This document shows positions 1 through 13,404 of a stretch of DNA of 63,880 nucleotides, piece after piece (the stretch's first letter is position 1; every line of letters begins with the position of its first letter). A model generated the notes under the pieces. That model ran no database searches. It was not told the DNA's origin and saw nothing but the letters and a program-made list of their open reading frames with translations. The position numbers and the translations under genes were made by a program. The stretch comes from Eledone cirrhosa (lineage: Eukaryota), in the NCBI GenBank assembly GCA_964016885.1, contig OZ024755.1:31620001-31683880 (forward strand), in the 5' to 3' direction.

Positions 1-190
1 TACGGGCAACCTGATGCAGGAGCTCAAGCCAGGGAGATCCATAGTTGTCGTCAGTGTGTGAAGGAGTGCAAGTCTCTAGCAGGCTTGAAAAGCCACATCC
101 GAACGTCACAGATCTGAATCTGACAAGTGATTGCAATACTCTTGGCAGTGTTTGCAGCCATCATGTATGTACGTACGTATGTATGTATGT
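1..190 (+). mobile_element. 3' end of an RTE-like non-LTR retrotransposon (C-terminal zinc finger plus (TGTA)n tail)
   Basis: Frame 1 reads ...HSCRQCVKECKSLAGLKSHIRT then a stop at 115-117, like the C-terminal CxxC...GLxSH finger of RTE elements; short UTR, then a TGTA/TG microsatellite. Confidence 0.55.
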
Positions 191-1180
191 GTGTGTGTGT
201 GTGTGTATGTATACACACACTCATATTCATGGTATTCAGGTTTGTAAATATTGAAAACACACACAGACATACATTCATATCTAATTGTTTTAAAAAGGTG
301 TTTAGATAAAGGTGTTTAAAAATGTGTGTGTGTAAATATCAAAGTGTGTGTGACTGTCAGTGTGTGTGACTGTACATGACTATTGGTGAGTGTGTATGTA
401 AATACAGATACGTTCTCAGTGCAAGTATTTCTGTGTGTTACCAATAAAACACATTATACTACACAACCATTAAGTATGACAATAGAGAAACAAAACACTA
501 TACATGTTGGGCTGGATGGAGTGACAACTACAAACAGAAAATATCAGTTGAGAAATATAAGTGAAATAAAATGTCACCCCATCCCCAAAAGAACTGTTTG
601 ATGTCACAATGGATGTTTCTAAAATTTGCCAGTTGTTCTTTATAAACTCCAGCTAGAGTTAGACTAGTTATAACCACTTATTAAGCAAGGACAGTTGTCA
701 CATAATATTATCTACAATATAACCTTTTGGTTTAAATACAACAGCCTTACTAAATCATGTCTTATTTACTCTTAATGTCCAGTTAGGATTTAGCAGAAAA
801 TGTTTCAAAACAGGTTTATTTATTCAAATGTTTATAGGATCTTTACTAGTGGACAGATTGTTGTGAAAATGTGGAATATTAGAATAAAGGCTCTAATATT
901 TAATGTGATGCAGTCATAGTACATTTGGTACTTTTCAAAAAAATACCTTGCTAATGTGCTTTCATGTAGTACAAAATATTAATAGTTATGGCAGCTCAGT
1001 AATAACTACAATCCTCTGATGTAGCTAGCTATAGCTGTGTTGTTAAAACATCAGTTGTACTACACACAACCAATATTAATTATAACATAAACACTAAAAC
1101 GTCTAGTATATCTGGCTGAAACCATGCTGTAATATCAGCTCACTAGTAGCACATATATAAGAGAAATATTATTATATAAT

Positions 1181-1418
1181 CTGCATTGGTATGGACATAT
1201 GATGCACATGGAGGATGACCGCTGGGTAAAGGAAGACACAGTAGAGTAAAACCATGAAAATCATGAGCGGTGGTGGTGAGAGCTCACCTCAGATCGCTGA
1301 AGCTCACAGAGGAGATGACGAAGGACCGTGACGAATGGAGAGATACTGTACTGAATAGGACCTGTCCCAACCTTGCAAGCAGGGAAAAGCGGACATAAAA
1401 TGATGATGATGATGATGA
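1181..1418 (+). mobile_element. RTE LINE 3' fragment with (GAT)n tail
   Basis: Encodes [17 protein letters not shown]...[18 protein letters not shown], same family as the 45.5 kb and 51.3 kb copies; ends in a tgatgatgat run. Confidence 0.8.
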
Positions 1419-1619
1419 ATCTAACACACATCTCTCCACACATTGCCACTCTGCACAAGTATAGTTATATGACACATATGTTGGCAACTGAGACCTACAC
1501 TAAGGTACTACAAAATAGAACTCTTCAACTAACAACCCTTCATAGCTTTCCTTCTAGACAATGGAAGTTTTGTTTTTATCTTTAACTATAGGTACCTTAT
1601 TAACTATAGGTATCTTAAC

Positions 1620-1830
1620 TGTAAAGTGGTCGTGTTGGTGGACATAACAAAAAAGCACCCAGCACTCACTGTAAATGAGGTTGGTATTAGGAAGGGCATC
1701 CAGCTGTAGAAATCAAGCCAGAATCAGTTCCTGTATGAGCAAGACAAGGTCAGCCGACTGGACACTGCTCACAACAGGACAACCCGTCTCACCCATGCTA
1801 GTGTGGAAAAATTGACGTAAAACGGAAATG
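1620..1830 (+). mobile_element. RTE/SINE shared 3' UTR fragment
   Basis: Contains the GGTTGGT(G/A)TTAGGAAGGGCATCCAGCTGTAGAAA motif and the tail matching 14800-15010 and 39400-39590. Confidence 0.75.
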
Positions 1831-2487
1831 TTAATATACACATACACACACACATATATATAAACATACACACATATATATACATACACACATATATATA
1901 CATACATACATACACATATATATATATACACATACATACACACACACACACACATACATACACACACACATATATATATACACACATTTATATAAAGTAG
2001 TGACTACGTAAACTACACATATATATATACACATACATACATACACACATTATATATATATATATACACATACACATATATAAAGTAGTAACTTCGTAAA
2101 CTGCCCTCTCATTGCTCAGAGAGAGTAAAAAGAAGAGAAGAAGGAAAAAACAAGCACTTTAAAACTAGTTCTCTTGTCAGTACACTGTAAAGTGGTAGTG
2201 TTCGTGTCATGATAAAATACACTCTGTAAAGTGGTAGTAATAGTGTCATAAAATACACCCAGTACACTCTGTAATATTGGCATTAGGCAGGGTATCAAAC
2301 TCTAAAAACTAAAAATGGAATTTATGAGCCTCAGGCTGTGGTAACCCATCCAATTTATGTAAGCTTGGAAAGCTGACATAAATTGATGATGATGATGAAC
2401 TTATTATCTCAACTATGGAATGAAAGAATTCTTCTGAACTTCTTCCATTAAGTGACTGGCTTACTTTTCATTTATTTATTTAGACAT

Positions 2488-2690
2488 TCTTAAAACCTCC
2501 ATGCTTCCTGAAATTCCCCAACACTACACCTAATACTCCCCCTCCATACACACGCACACATGTATATCATGACTCATACACTATTCACTTCCCTGACATT
2601 TGTACATTATTCTATGTACTATACATGCACCTTTGATGAGTTGTAGTGCACCTGAGCACTGTACACAATAATTTCATTATTATTATTATT
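2488..2690 (+). mobile_element. CR1/L2-type LINE 3' end with (ATT)n tail
   Basis: Near-identical to 5865-6065 (aaaacctccatgcttcctgaaatt...gtgcacctgagcactgtacacaataatttcattatt). Confidence 0.85.
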
Positions 2691-4116
2691 AAAATAAAAT
2701 TTTAAAAATTCCCCTTGCCCTGCTGTTTCATAGAATAAATCATCAGTTAAATATTAAAGTCTGTCTTAAGACTGAGGCTCATCATGCTGGACCTTATTTT
2801 CCTGAGTATTTAGTAAGTACAAAACTTCCCCTTGGACAGGACACTAGTCTATTGCAGATTTAACTCCCAACTGGTGCAGATATTCATTTTCAGTTGAGTT
2901 GACATTAGCAATGTGACATGAAGTGTTCTACTCAAGGACACAATACACTCCAGGCCTGAGAATCAACAAAGTAGTCTTGGGAAAAGTTAATATGACTAAA
3001 CAATATTTTAAGCTATGAAAAAAAATTAAATTTACAGTTCACTCATATGTAGGTTTAGTTGGCCACAAGACAGCATCGCGTAGGAAGTTTCATGAGTGTT
3101 TTACTAATAGGGGACCCAGTCATTTCATGAAAAGCGATGTGAAATAAAGAAGCTTGTTCAAAAACACAATGCACCAGTCTAGTTACTGAACCTATGACCT
3201 TATCATCAGTTTAACTTCTTGTGATGATTTACTAAATTGTTTCTACTTTAGGCACAAGGCCAGCAATTATCACAGATTTGTTACTTTCAGTGTTGCTAGT
3301 CTTATAGTGGACTGAAAATTTACAGAATTTGAGTAAAGAGTTTAATTTCTAATGTGATGATGTGTGCTGTTTTGTACTTTGAAAGAATGTGTTACTAATG
3401 TGGTTAGATGTGGTACAGGATGTTAACAGTCATTGTTGGAGTTTCTAGTGAATAGTAGTCACTAAGTTCACAAAGGACCATTTAATCCAAAAATTACATT
3501 AGGAGTTCAAACTAAAGAACAAAATAAAGTACCAGTAATGCACTGGGTGTTTGCTGGCCTTGTGCCTCAAGTAGAAACAATTATAGTTTTATACAAGAGT
3601 GAAATGGCAGAATAATTAGATCTGACAATGTTTAGCAATATTTCACATGTCAGTGCTCTGAGTTCAATCCTGCTGAAATCGATTTTGTCTTTCATCTTTT
3701 TGATGTCAATAAAAAAAATACCAGTCCAATACTGGGGTTCTTCCTCTATATAACTTTCTTTCTTTCATTCTGCCCCCTTCTTTGAAAGCAATCTGTGTTC
3801 AGACCTGAAGATGGACCCTGCCAAGTTAAAAATGCCAAAAACATGCCATATATCACAATAGGGTCCCTATAATGATAGGAGTCTATATTCTACTACTTTA
3901 TACTGTCCACTTTACACTGCAGTTGAAAAACATTTAAAATAGATCTATATCTACTTGTAAAAAATTGGCTCTATCAATTTATATAATTGTCAGAATTAAC
4001 ATGTCTTTTAACCCTATCCTTACCATATTTTTTATGAAAAACACTACCAATAATTTTGAAAATTATCAAGAATTTATAGGGATTTAACAGTCACATTATT
4101 AAGTTGGGGGAGGGGG

Positions 4117-4338
4117 TAACCCTTTAGCATTTAGAGTACTCTATATTTACTCTTGTATTTTCACGATAAACACTTTATTTTAGATAATTATCTCATATCA
4201 AATCTGAGGTTTTGATATTATTTATTTTAAGAACAATACCTTAACATAAGTATGAGCAGCTGGTTATGGCTGGTTTTAACAGAAAGAGATGAGAGAATTC
4301 TGGCTGGATATGGCTGGTTTAAATGCTAAACGGTTAAA
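4117..4338. mobile_element. piggyBac-like MITE, family P2
   Basis: Termini (g)TAACCCTTTAGCATTTA ... TAAATGCTAAACGGTTAA; body homologous to the 9.6, 10.5, 35.9 and 42.1 kb copies. Confidence 0.7.
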
Positions 4339-4671
4339 GTTTTTATGTAAAATTCTGATGGAAGATTTTTTTTTTAGATAAATACACTATTAATAATTTT
4401 CAAATATTTAATAATTTTGAGGGCTTTAGTGAAATAACTTTTTTATTTTTAATCTAACATTTGAAACGTTTAATTTTAAATACAAAAAACACTTTCAACC
4501 AAATGGCTTTATATCAGGGGCTGTTTCATAAGAGGTCCACACTACTTATGACCATGGCTTTAATACGATTTATCTATAATAATAATAAAAATAAATCTTT
4601 CTAAAATTTGCACAAGGCCAGCAATTTGGGAGAAGGAGAAAGTCAATTATACTAACTCCAATACTTTACTG

Positions 4672-4845
4672 TGAAGGTGCATGGCTTAGTGGTTAGAGTA
4701 TTGGGGTTGCAATCGAAAGGTTGTGAGTTCAATTCTCGGACCGGGTGATGTGTTGTTTCCTTGAGCAAGACACTTTATTTCACATTGCTCCAGTTTACTC
4801 AGCTGTTGAAATGATGTGATAGGACTAGGGTCCCTATCATTAAAT
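4672..4845 (+). mobile_element. tRNA-derived SINE family A, 3'-truncated, inserted in a SINE-B remnant
   Basis: A-box-like TGGCTTAGTGG, B-box-like GAGTTCAATTC and core GTGTTGTTTCCTTGAGCAAGACACTT. Confidence 0.75.
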
Positions 4846-5254
4846 TACCCAAGACACCTCTAACGAGATATACCTTGAAGGAGCTGTCTACTACTACTAC
4901 TACCTTATCTCATTGACTCCAGAAGGATGAAAGTTGAAGTTAGTGGGATTTGAACTCAGAATGCAAAGAGCGAGAATAAATACTGCTCAGTGTTTATCCA
5001 ACAATTTAATGATTCTTCCAATATACTGGCCTTAATAATAAGAAACTTGCAGGCCACTTAAAAAACCTTTCTAACTATACTATAATGGACACCATTACTG
5101 AATTTATACAAGGGTCCCATAGTCCAGGGGCTCCGTCCTGTTTTATATAGGTAATACCTTAAGGTGATAGAGTGCTTACACCACAGTCGGTCAATTGATA
5201 GATCAACCAACGTTTTTTACTTGGAATTATATATATTATATTTATACATATTGA

Positions 5255-6065
5255 AAAACCCAGCGTCCACATACTCCCTCCACAACACTGATATCAAGAA
5301 GTCTTCTTGTGAACGTGACCTGGGCATTACTGTCAGCAGCAATTTGCGTTGGACAAAGCACATCTCTATAATTGTCAAGAAGGCTGAGGGTGTCTTAGCA
5401 TCACTCAGCAAGACCTTTGTCAGCTGCTCTCCAGCTATCTATTTAAAGCTGTATATAGCTATGGTGCAGCCACACTTAGAATTTGCATCACCGGTCTGGA
5501 ACTCCTACTTTGCTCAGAATATTGACCTCCTAGAAACTGTTCAGAGACATGCAGTCAAGCGAATACCCTCCATCAGGCATCCACCATACTCTGAACGCTT
5601 TGCTTCTCTGGGCATGGATACATTGAAGCTCCAATGTCTGGCAACTAACTTGGTAAACACCCACAAAATTATTAATCATCTCGCCAACAACAACCCTGAG
5701 CACCTTTTTGAATTCCATGTGTCTAACACACGTGGACATGCCTACAAAGTCAGAAAACAGCACAGCTCCCATGACTTTCGGAAACATTTTTTCATGCTCA
5801 GAGTTGCTGAAGCTTGGAACAAACTACCTGCATCAGTTGTTAGCTGTCGAAACACTGCATCCTTTAAAACCTCCATGCTTCCTGAAATTCACCAACACTA
5901 TACTTAATATTCCCCTCCATACACACGCACATATCTGTGTGTATATCATGACTCATATACTGTTCACTTCCCTGACATTTGTACATTATTCTATGTACTA
6001 TACATGCACCTTTGATGAGTTGTAGTGCACCTGAGCACTGTACACAATAATTTCATTATTATTAT
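5255..6065 (+). mobile_element. CR1/L2-type LINE, 5'-truncated ORF2 C-terminus plus 3' UTR and (ATT)n tail
   Basis: ORF 5164-5907 has ERDLGITVSSNLRW, LYIAMVQPHLEFASPVW, LETVQR and FFMLRVAEAWNKLP, typical of the post-RT region in the CR1 group. Confidence 0.85.
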
Positions 6066-6826
6066 ATCATTATTATATAACTATGAAATACAAAATTTAG
6101 AATATCATAATTATCATTAAATACATTTGTATTTTCCTTAGGTGTCACCTCAGTTTTAGGGGTTAGCATGGATTAATGATGGAATCTCAGCATCATTCTA
6201 TGTGTAGGTCTACATTCATATAATTTTAATTTTCACTAAGTTTGTGAGTAGGTGTTGAGGTAAGGGGTAAATATTCTCTAGCTCAGGGATTCCTGAGTTG
6301 ATGTGAGCCCCAGATGTTCTTTACAGAAAGGCTCCTCCTAGCATATGCTGTAATCCCCCAATATTCACTAACCCAGGTCGCTCCTTATCCCAGATATTCT
6401 CTAACCTATGTCCTTCATCATCATCACCGTTTTACGTCCATTTTTCCATGCTAGAAAAAGGTCCTAACAGATACTGTGATCCCCAAATACTCTTTAACCC
6501 AGGTTCTCTATTTACTTTAATCCAGTCCTGCTGGGTAACTTGCTTTCTATTTTCACGACTGAATTAAATTCATGAAACATGACTCCACATGAATGTTGAA
6601 TACAGGAGCTGAAGGTTGAGCTATCTAAATTCAAGGAAAACCAAAATTAATCACAGGAAAAATGGTCGCACTATTGGCTAATAAAAAAAGGTTTAAATCG
6701 AAATTGAAAGGTCTTTATTTTTTAATATTCATACATCTTTAGAGATATGTTGCCACTGTTTTAAATAAATTACCTTTAAAAAAAAAAAATAAAATGTCAC
6801 TTTATCCAGTAGCATATCTATCTCCA

Positions 6827-7358
6827 CAACCCTTTCGTTACTATATTTCTGATGAAAGACACTGTCATTAACCCTCTCATTACCATATTTCTAATGAAAG
6901 ACACTGTCTATTTCTTTAACCCTTTCATTACCATACTTCTAATGAAACACACTGTCTATGTCATTAACCCTTTCATTACCATACTTCTAATGAAAGACAC
7001 TGTCTATTTCTTTAACCCTTTCATTACCATATTTCTAATGAAACACACTGTCTATGTCATTAACCCTTTCATTACCATACTTCTAATGAAAGACACTGTC
7101 TATTTCTTTAACCCTTTCATTACCTTATTTCTAATGAAATATGCTGTCTATGGTTTTGAAATCATTTTGAAAATAATCAAGATTTTGAAGGCAATTAGTA
7201 GTATAACAAACTTTCTTATTATTATGTTGGTGTTTGGAACATAACTTAACAAAGGTTCTTACATAAGATTATGATGGAAGGTTTGTAGATAAATATAAAC
7301 ACTTTAAAACAAGTTTTGTGTCAGAGAACCTGGCGTGGTTTGGTATGAAAAGAGTTAA
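6827..7358 (+). mobile_element. piggyBac-like MITE family P1 whose left end is amplified as a 48-bp tandem array (6827-7150)
   Basis: Unit TTAACCCTTTCATTACCATATTTCTAATGAAAGACACTGTCTATGTCA x about 6-7, then about 200 bp of body ending TGGTATGAAAAGAGTTAA, the inverted copy of the unit start. Confidence 0.7.
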
Positions 7359-8169
7359 CCCATGTGCTAAGGATGGTCATTTAACGTAGGTTTGCAGCTG
7401 TCTACTAGTATAGAGATTGTGTTCTCACCTCAGTATATCACTAGAATAGTGATTGTGTTCTCACTTAGTAAATCTATAAAACCAGGCTGTAATGATCACA
7501 TTTGTTATTAGCAGTTAGTGAAAATCTAGTTTGATTAAAATCTATAAATAACAAAAGTAATTTCTTAACTCTTTCATGACCACATTTCTAATGAAATACT
7601 CTAGATCTAAATTAATTAATAAAGAATTATCAACCATTTATTAAAACTATTAATTATTTCATTACTAAAATAGTATTTGTAACATAACAAATTATTTCTT
7701 AAATCAAATTATGTTGAAAGATATTAATTTAAACAGGAACTGTTTAATAGAACCAGAACTGGTTTTGGAATGGTTGATACCAAGGAATAAAAAAGGACAG
7801 TATTTTCTTGTCACTGTAATTATATATTATGAAATTGTAGAATGTCTTCTAACCATCTTGATAGCAAACTGTCTGAAATCCCCCACTGGCCCTACAATAC
7901 AAAACAGTTATTTTAAAGTATAAAGAGGTTCCATCATAGTTTTATGTTTCTAAACACCACCTTAATGAGAAAGTCACCTATATAACTAAACCTCTCCAAA
8001 TTCTTCATTATATTCAAAATAATAACAAAAGGGTTAAAGTGTTTATATTTATCTAAAAACCTTCCTTCATAATTTTATGTCACAACTTTTGTTGTTATAT
8101 TCTTTTAACAATGAGAAAGTTACTTATATTAGAAAATCTCTCCAAAGTCTTGATTATATTCAAAGTGAT

Positions 8170-8560
8170 TTGAAAGACATAAACAGTGTCTTGCATTAGA
8201 AATATGGTAATGAAAGGGTTAAAGACATAGGCAGTCTCTTTCATTAGAAATATGGTAATGAAAGGGTTAAAGACATAGACAGTGTCTTTCATTAGAAATA
8301 TGGTAATGAAAGGATTAAAGACATAAACAGTGTCTTGCATTAGAAATATGGTAATGAAAGGGTTAAAGACATAGGCAGTCTCTTTCATTAGAAATATGGT
8401 AATGAAAGGGTTAAAGACATAAACAGTGTCTTTCTTTAGAAATATGGTAGTGAAAGGGTTAAAGAAATAGATAGTGTCTTTCATTAGAAATTTGGTAATC
8501 TAAGGGTTGATGACATAGGCAATGCCTCCCATTAGAAATATGGTAATGAAAGGGTTAAAA
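8170..8560 (-). repeat. 48-bp minisatellite (MITE P1 left end), about 8 copies, with MITE body at 8035-8170
   Basis: Reverse complement of the 48-bp unit; gives spurious NPFITIFLMKDTVYVF ORFs. Confidence 0.9.
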
Positions 8561-9606
8561 AAAAAATAAGTGAAAACTAGTTATCTAGAAATTTGCTGGG
8601 TTTAAAAGGGGCACAAGATATGTTTTGAGAACTCTTGCAAATTAATTTGAATAGGGGTTAAAGGACTAGTTAAACTAAGGGTATTATATCTTATTTAAGG
8701 TGATTATTTTCCTTGAAAGTTAAGTTAATTCGACATATTTGTTTTTACCTATTTTTAAGTAGTTTCATTTAACTTGTAAAATAAATGTTTTTCAGTGAAG
8801 GACCTCAGCATAAACTATAAACAAGAATGAATTTTTTGTGCAGCTGATGATATTATGATGATGGTATTATTACTGCATGTGCAGTTCAGATATTTATTAT
8901 TATTATTATTGTTGTTCTTACTGAGTTATTATTATTATTACTACTACTACTATTGTTGTTATTTCTTTGAAAGGTGGAATGTGTTATGATCAGCTACTAA
9001 AACTGAGTGGTGAATTTTTTCTGTTTGTGTTTTAAATTAAATGGAAACTCTTTAGTCTGGTCGTAACTGGCAGGACAAAATACATGCGACAGAAAAGATA
9101 AAAGTATTTTTGTTGATACAACCTTAAATAGCTGTAAGTGTTGGTTTCTTCCCTGCTACTACCTACTCAAAGATTCAACATGGCAGAATATGAGGTAGTT
9201 CTCACAGGGAATGACCTACAAGAAAGGAGTTCAGCAGGCAGGTACACATTCATTGGTTGAATCAAACCTATTTAACCAATCAGAACTAAGCTCACTAAAG
9301 CCAACTGCTCTATTGTGCTGCTATTTATTTTATTTATTTTTTCTAATTGTGTATGAGTGCATGTATGTGTGTGTATGCATGAGAGTGTTTGACTGTATTT
9401 GTGTGAGTGTGTTGGTGTCTTCTTAAGATAGCATCATATAACTTAAGTTCTTAAGAAGAAATTAAATACATCAAAATAGTTTATACTAAACATGATGTCT
9501 TTCTGTTCCCATTGAAATAATTTCATTAATTGACTGCATTAAAACATAGGAAAATCTGCATTAATGATGGGATGAATGAGGGGAGCGGGGATATATATTG
9601 ACTACA

Positions 9607-9822
9607 TTAACCCTTTAGCCATTTACATTACTCTATTTTTACTATTGTATTTTCACGGTAAATACTTTATCTCACATAATTATCCCACATACTATCGAAC
9701 CAATGAGATATTGATATATTTTTTAGAACAATACCTTAACATAAGTATGAGCAGCCAGTTTGAACAGAAAAAGGTGAGAGAATTCTGGCCGGATATGGCT
9801 GGTTTAACTGCTAAAAGGTCAA
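9607..9822. mobile_element. piggyBac-like MITE, family P2
   Basis: TTAACCCTTTAGCCATTTA ... TTAACTGCTAAAAGGTCAA; body matches the 4.1 kb copy. Confidence 0.65.
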
Positions 9823-10185
9823 AACATAGGAAAATATATCAAAAATACCCAGCCCTAATTCCTTTAAACACCTGGAAGTAAATGTTGTTTACATGTAACT
9901 AACCAAAATATTTACAGTCCATTAAATAGGTTTGAATACACTAAAGTATCACTGGAATTTTAAAATTCAGCTCTCATTACTAAAGCAAATGAAAAATTTT
10001 AAACATTAGGAAAAGAAACAAATGCATTATATATATTTTTTCAATGTTTTAAACAAATTAAATTTGAAAATGTGTTTCAACATTTCAGTTGAGTCTCAGA
10101 GTCAATAACCATCTTACTACAAATGTCTGATGTAAACATTATTGTTTCACATAAATAATAAGCCCCCCAAGAGGATATTGTGGGA

Positions 10186-10385
10186 ACTGACAATACCTGG
10201 AGAAGACCTCACACTGACAGGACCTGGGGAAGACCTCACACTGACAGGACCTGGGGAAGACCTCACACTGACAGGACCTGGGGAAGACCTCACACTGACA
10301 ATACCTAGGAAAGACCTCACACTGAAGGACCTGGGGAAGACCTCACACTGAAGGACCTGGGGAAGACCTCATACTGACAGGACCA
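10186..10385 (+). repeat. 27-bp minisatellite, about 7 copies
   Basis: Unit ACCTGGGGAAGACCTCACACTGACAGG. Confidence 0.9.
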
Positions 10386-10467
10386 CTACAGGTTAGAATG
10401 TCAGTTTACATCTATCTGATAGGTCAAAATTACATTTATCCTGCATACTAAGGAATACATTTCTAGA

Positions 10468-10683
10468 TTAACCCTTTAACATTTAAACCGACCGTATCCA
10501 GCTAGAATTCTCTTACCTCTTTCTGTTCAAACTGGCTGTAACCGGTTGCTCATACTGATGTTAAGGTACTGTTCTCAAAATAAATAATATCAAAATCTCA
10601 TAGATTCGATATTATGTGAGATAAAGCCTTTACCACAAAAATATAATAGTACATATAGAGTAATGTAAATGCTAAAGGGTTAA
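10468..10683. mobile_element. piggyBac-like MITE, family P2 with TTAA at both ends
   Basis: TTAA-CCCTTTAACATTTA ... TAAATGCTAAAGGG-TTAA. Confidence 0.75.
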
Positions 10684-10692
10684 ACCTTTTGG

Positions 10693-10850
10693 TACCAAAC
10701 TGTCTGAAACCTAACCCATTTCTGTGATACCAAACTATCTGAAAAATACACCCCATCCATTTCTATGATACCAAACCGTCTGAACCCCACCCCTATTTCT
10801 ATGATACCAAACCGTCTGAACCCCACCCCTATTTCTATGATACAAAACCT
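10693..10850 (+). repeat. About 36-bp tandem repeat at the end of a P1-type MITE
   Basis: Unit TTCTATGATACCAAACCGTCTGAACCCCACCCCTAT x about 4. Confidence 0.7.
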
Positions 10851-11417
10851 TTTGTCTTAAAACGTTTATATTAATGTAAAAACTTTCCATCATAATCTCA
10901 AAAGTTTTAAGTTATGTACCAAACACCAACTTAATTATTAATTAAAGAATTAATATTATTAAATCACTTGAAATTCTTGATTATTAAAAAATATATACTG
11001 TATATACTGAAATAATGGTTGATCTCATAAAATTTGACCAAAACACTTGGAAATTTCCATAAACCTTGTATAAAAGTCAACCCTAGTATTTCACAGGTCA
11101 ACATTTGTTGGTTAAGATATCCTATATGTAGAAATAAAAGTTACAAAATAATCATTAATTTAAGGCACTCCACTGGCATCTCCTGGCACCTCTTCACTCA
11201 TCATCTATATTAGGCATTACATGTCAATACCAGTACAGTTTTACTTCTGGCACACTACAACAAACTGTTCTTTTGTCCCATATTTCTCTTGGCTCATCCA
11301 TACATATGTCAAAGTGTAACACACTGTTACACTATAACATACTGATGTTACACATCCACTGTATCATGCTCAATTTAACCATGAATGGTTTTTCTGCATA
11401 ATCTCGATATATCCCGA

Positions 11418-11580
11418 TGCATCCTTTAAGGCCTCCATGCTTCCCGAGATCCGCCAACACTACAGCTAACACATACACACATGTACTTCCCTGACATTCG
11501 TGTATTATTCTATTTACTATACATACACCTTTGACGAGTTGTAGTGCACCTAAGCACTTTACACAATAATTTCATTATTT
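11418..11580 (+). mobile_element. CR1/L2-type LINE 3' end
   Basis: Homologous to 5857-6060. Confidence 0.75.
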
Positions 11581-11920
11581 TATCCCAGTATATACCATAT
11601 ATCCCAGAATACACCATATTTCCCAGAATACACCATATATCCCAGAACACACGATATATCCCAGAATACATCATATATCCCAGAATATATCATATACCCA
11701 TGGAGTGTACCACGTACCCATGGAGTGTACCATATATCCATGGAGTGTACCATATACCCATGGAGTGTACCATATACCCATGGAGTGTGCCACATACCCA
11801 TGGAGTGTACCACGTACCCATGGAGTGTACCACATACCCATGGAGTGTACCACATACCCATGGAGTGTGCCACATACCCATGGAGTGTGCCACATACCCA
11901 TGGAGTGTACCACACATCCC
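11581..11920 (+). repeat. 20-bp minisatellite with two unit variants
   Basis: TATATCCCAGAATACACCA-type units to about 11695, then CATACCCATGGAGTGTACCA-type units x about 11. Confidence 0.9.
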
Positions 11921-12384
11921 CAAATCTACCTAATTCTTAATTCTCAAACCATGAATAATAATAATTGTTTCTGATTTATACACAGGGCCAACAGTTTTGA
12001 TGGAAAGGGAAAGTTGATTATACTCCCCCAGTACATAACTGGTACTTTATTTTATCGACCACAGAACCTAGAAAGTCGTAAATACTGCAAAGTATTTTGG
12101 CTGACATTTTTTATTTGCCACAAAATACAGATAATTATAACAGATTTCTAAGTTAATGAGACGGCAAAGGTCATATATTGGAGGGGAGTGAGAAGGAAGG
12201 GTAGAGGTGATTAACCAAGTCCAGTACTTGACTAGGGCTTATCTTATTGAAACTAGACAGATGAAGGGCACAGCTGACCTCAGCAGCAAAAAATTAATGA
12301 TAATGATGATAATAAAAATAACAATAAACATTCCTTTATTTTCAATAACGACACAAAACAGATACAAAGATTAGAAGTAAAACA

Positions 12385-12778
12385 TGGAGGGGAGTACATG
12401 TGGTTGTACCCAGGGGGAGTACATGTGGTTGTCTCCAGGGGGGAGTACATGTGGTTGAACCCAGGGGGGAGAACATGTGGTTGTCTCCAGGGGGGAGTAC
12501 ATGTGGTTGAACCCAGGGGGGAGTACATGTGGTTGAACCCAGGGGGGAGAACATGTGGTTGTCTCCAGGGGGGAGTACATGTGGTTGAACCCAGGGGGGA
12601 GAACATGTGGTTGAACCCAGGGGGGAGTACATGTGGTTGAACCCAGGGGGGAGAACATGTCGTTGAACCCAGGGGGGAGTACATGTGGTTTTCTCTAGGG
12701 GGGAGTACATGTGGTTGAACTCAGGGGGGAGAACATGTGGTTGAACCCAGGGGGGAGAACATGTGGTTGTCCCCAGGT
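12385..12778 (+). repeat. 26-bp G-rich minisatellite, about 15 copies
   Basis: Unit GGGGGGAG(T/A)ACATGTGGTTG(AAC/TCT)CCA. Confidence 0.9.
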
Positions 12779-13250
12779 GTGTAGGAGGGGGTATCTAGAG
12801 CTAGTCAAGAAAATACCTTGGTTCACTATGATGACCAAGGGCTGGTGCTCTAATAGATAACAGTTTCTGATTTAAGCACAAGGCCAGCAATTTGGGAAGA
12901 GGTTAAAAGTTGATTAAATCGAGCCCTGTGTGTTACTGGTACTTTATTTTATTGACCCTGTAAGGATGAAAGGCAGAAACTAACCTCAGTGGAATTTGAA
13001 CTCAGAATGTAAAGGGCTGTAACTCTATGCCATAAAACGTGCTCAACAACAATAATAAACATGAATACAGTTGAAAAATACTTGCGTATTTTTATGCAGG
13101 GTGGATTGGTGAAGTTAGACACCTGGTACTTATTTGAGCAATGTCTTGGCACACTGCTACATTATAGGACATAAACAAACATAAACCACACATATATATC
13201 CATATGTAAATATACATATACATATATATCCATATATATATATATGAGTG

Positions 13251-13291
<41 letters not shown>

Positions 13292-13357
13292 AAAGTAGTA
13301 ACAAAACTAACAAAACTGCAATATGGAAGAAATGTATATATATGTGAATGTATATTC

Positions 13358-13400
<43 letters not shown>

Positions 13401-13404
13401 CGCC

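Noticed and set aside
3800-3850. CTGAAGA possible hammerhead
   Set aside because: No GAAA, helix III or helix I complement follows
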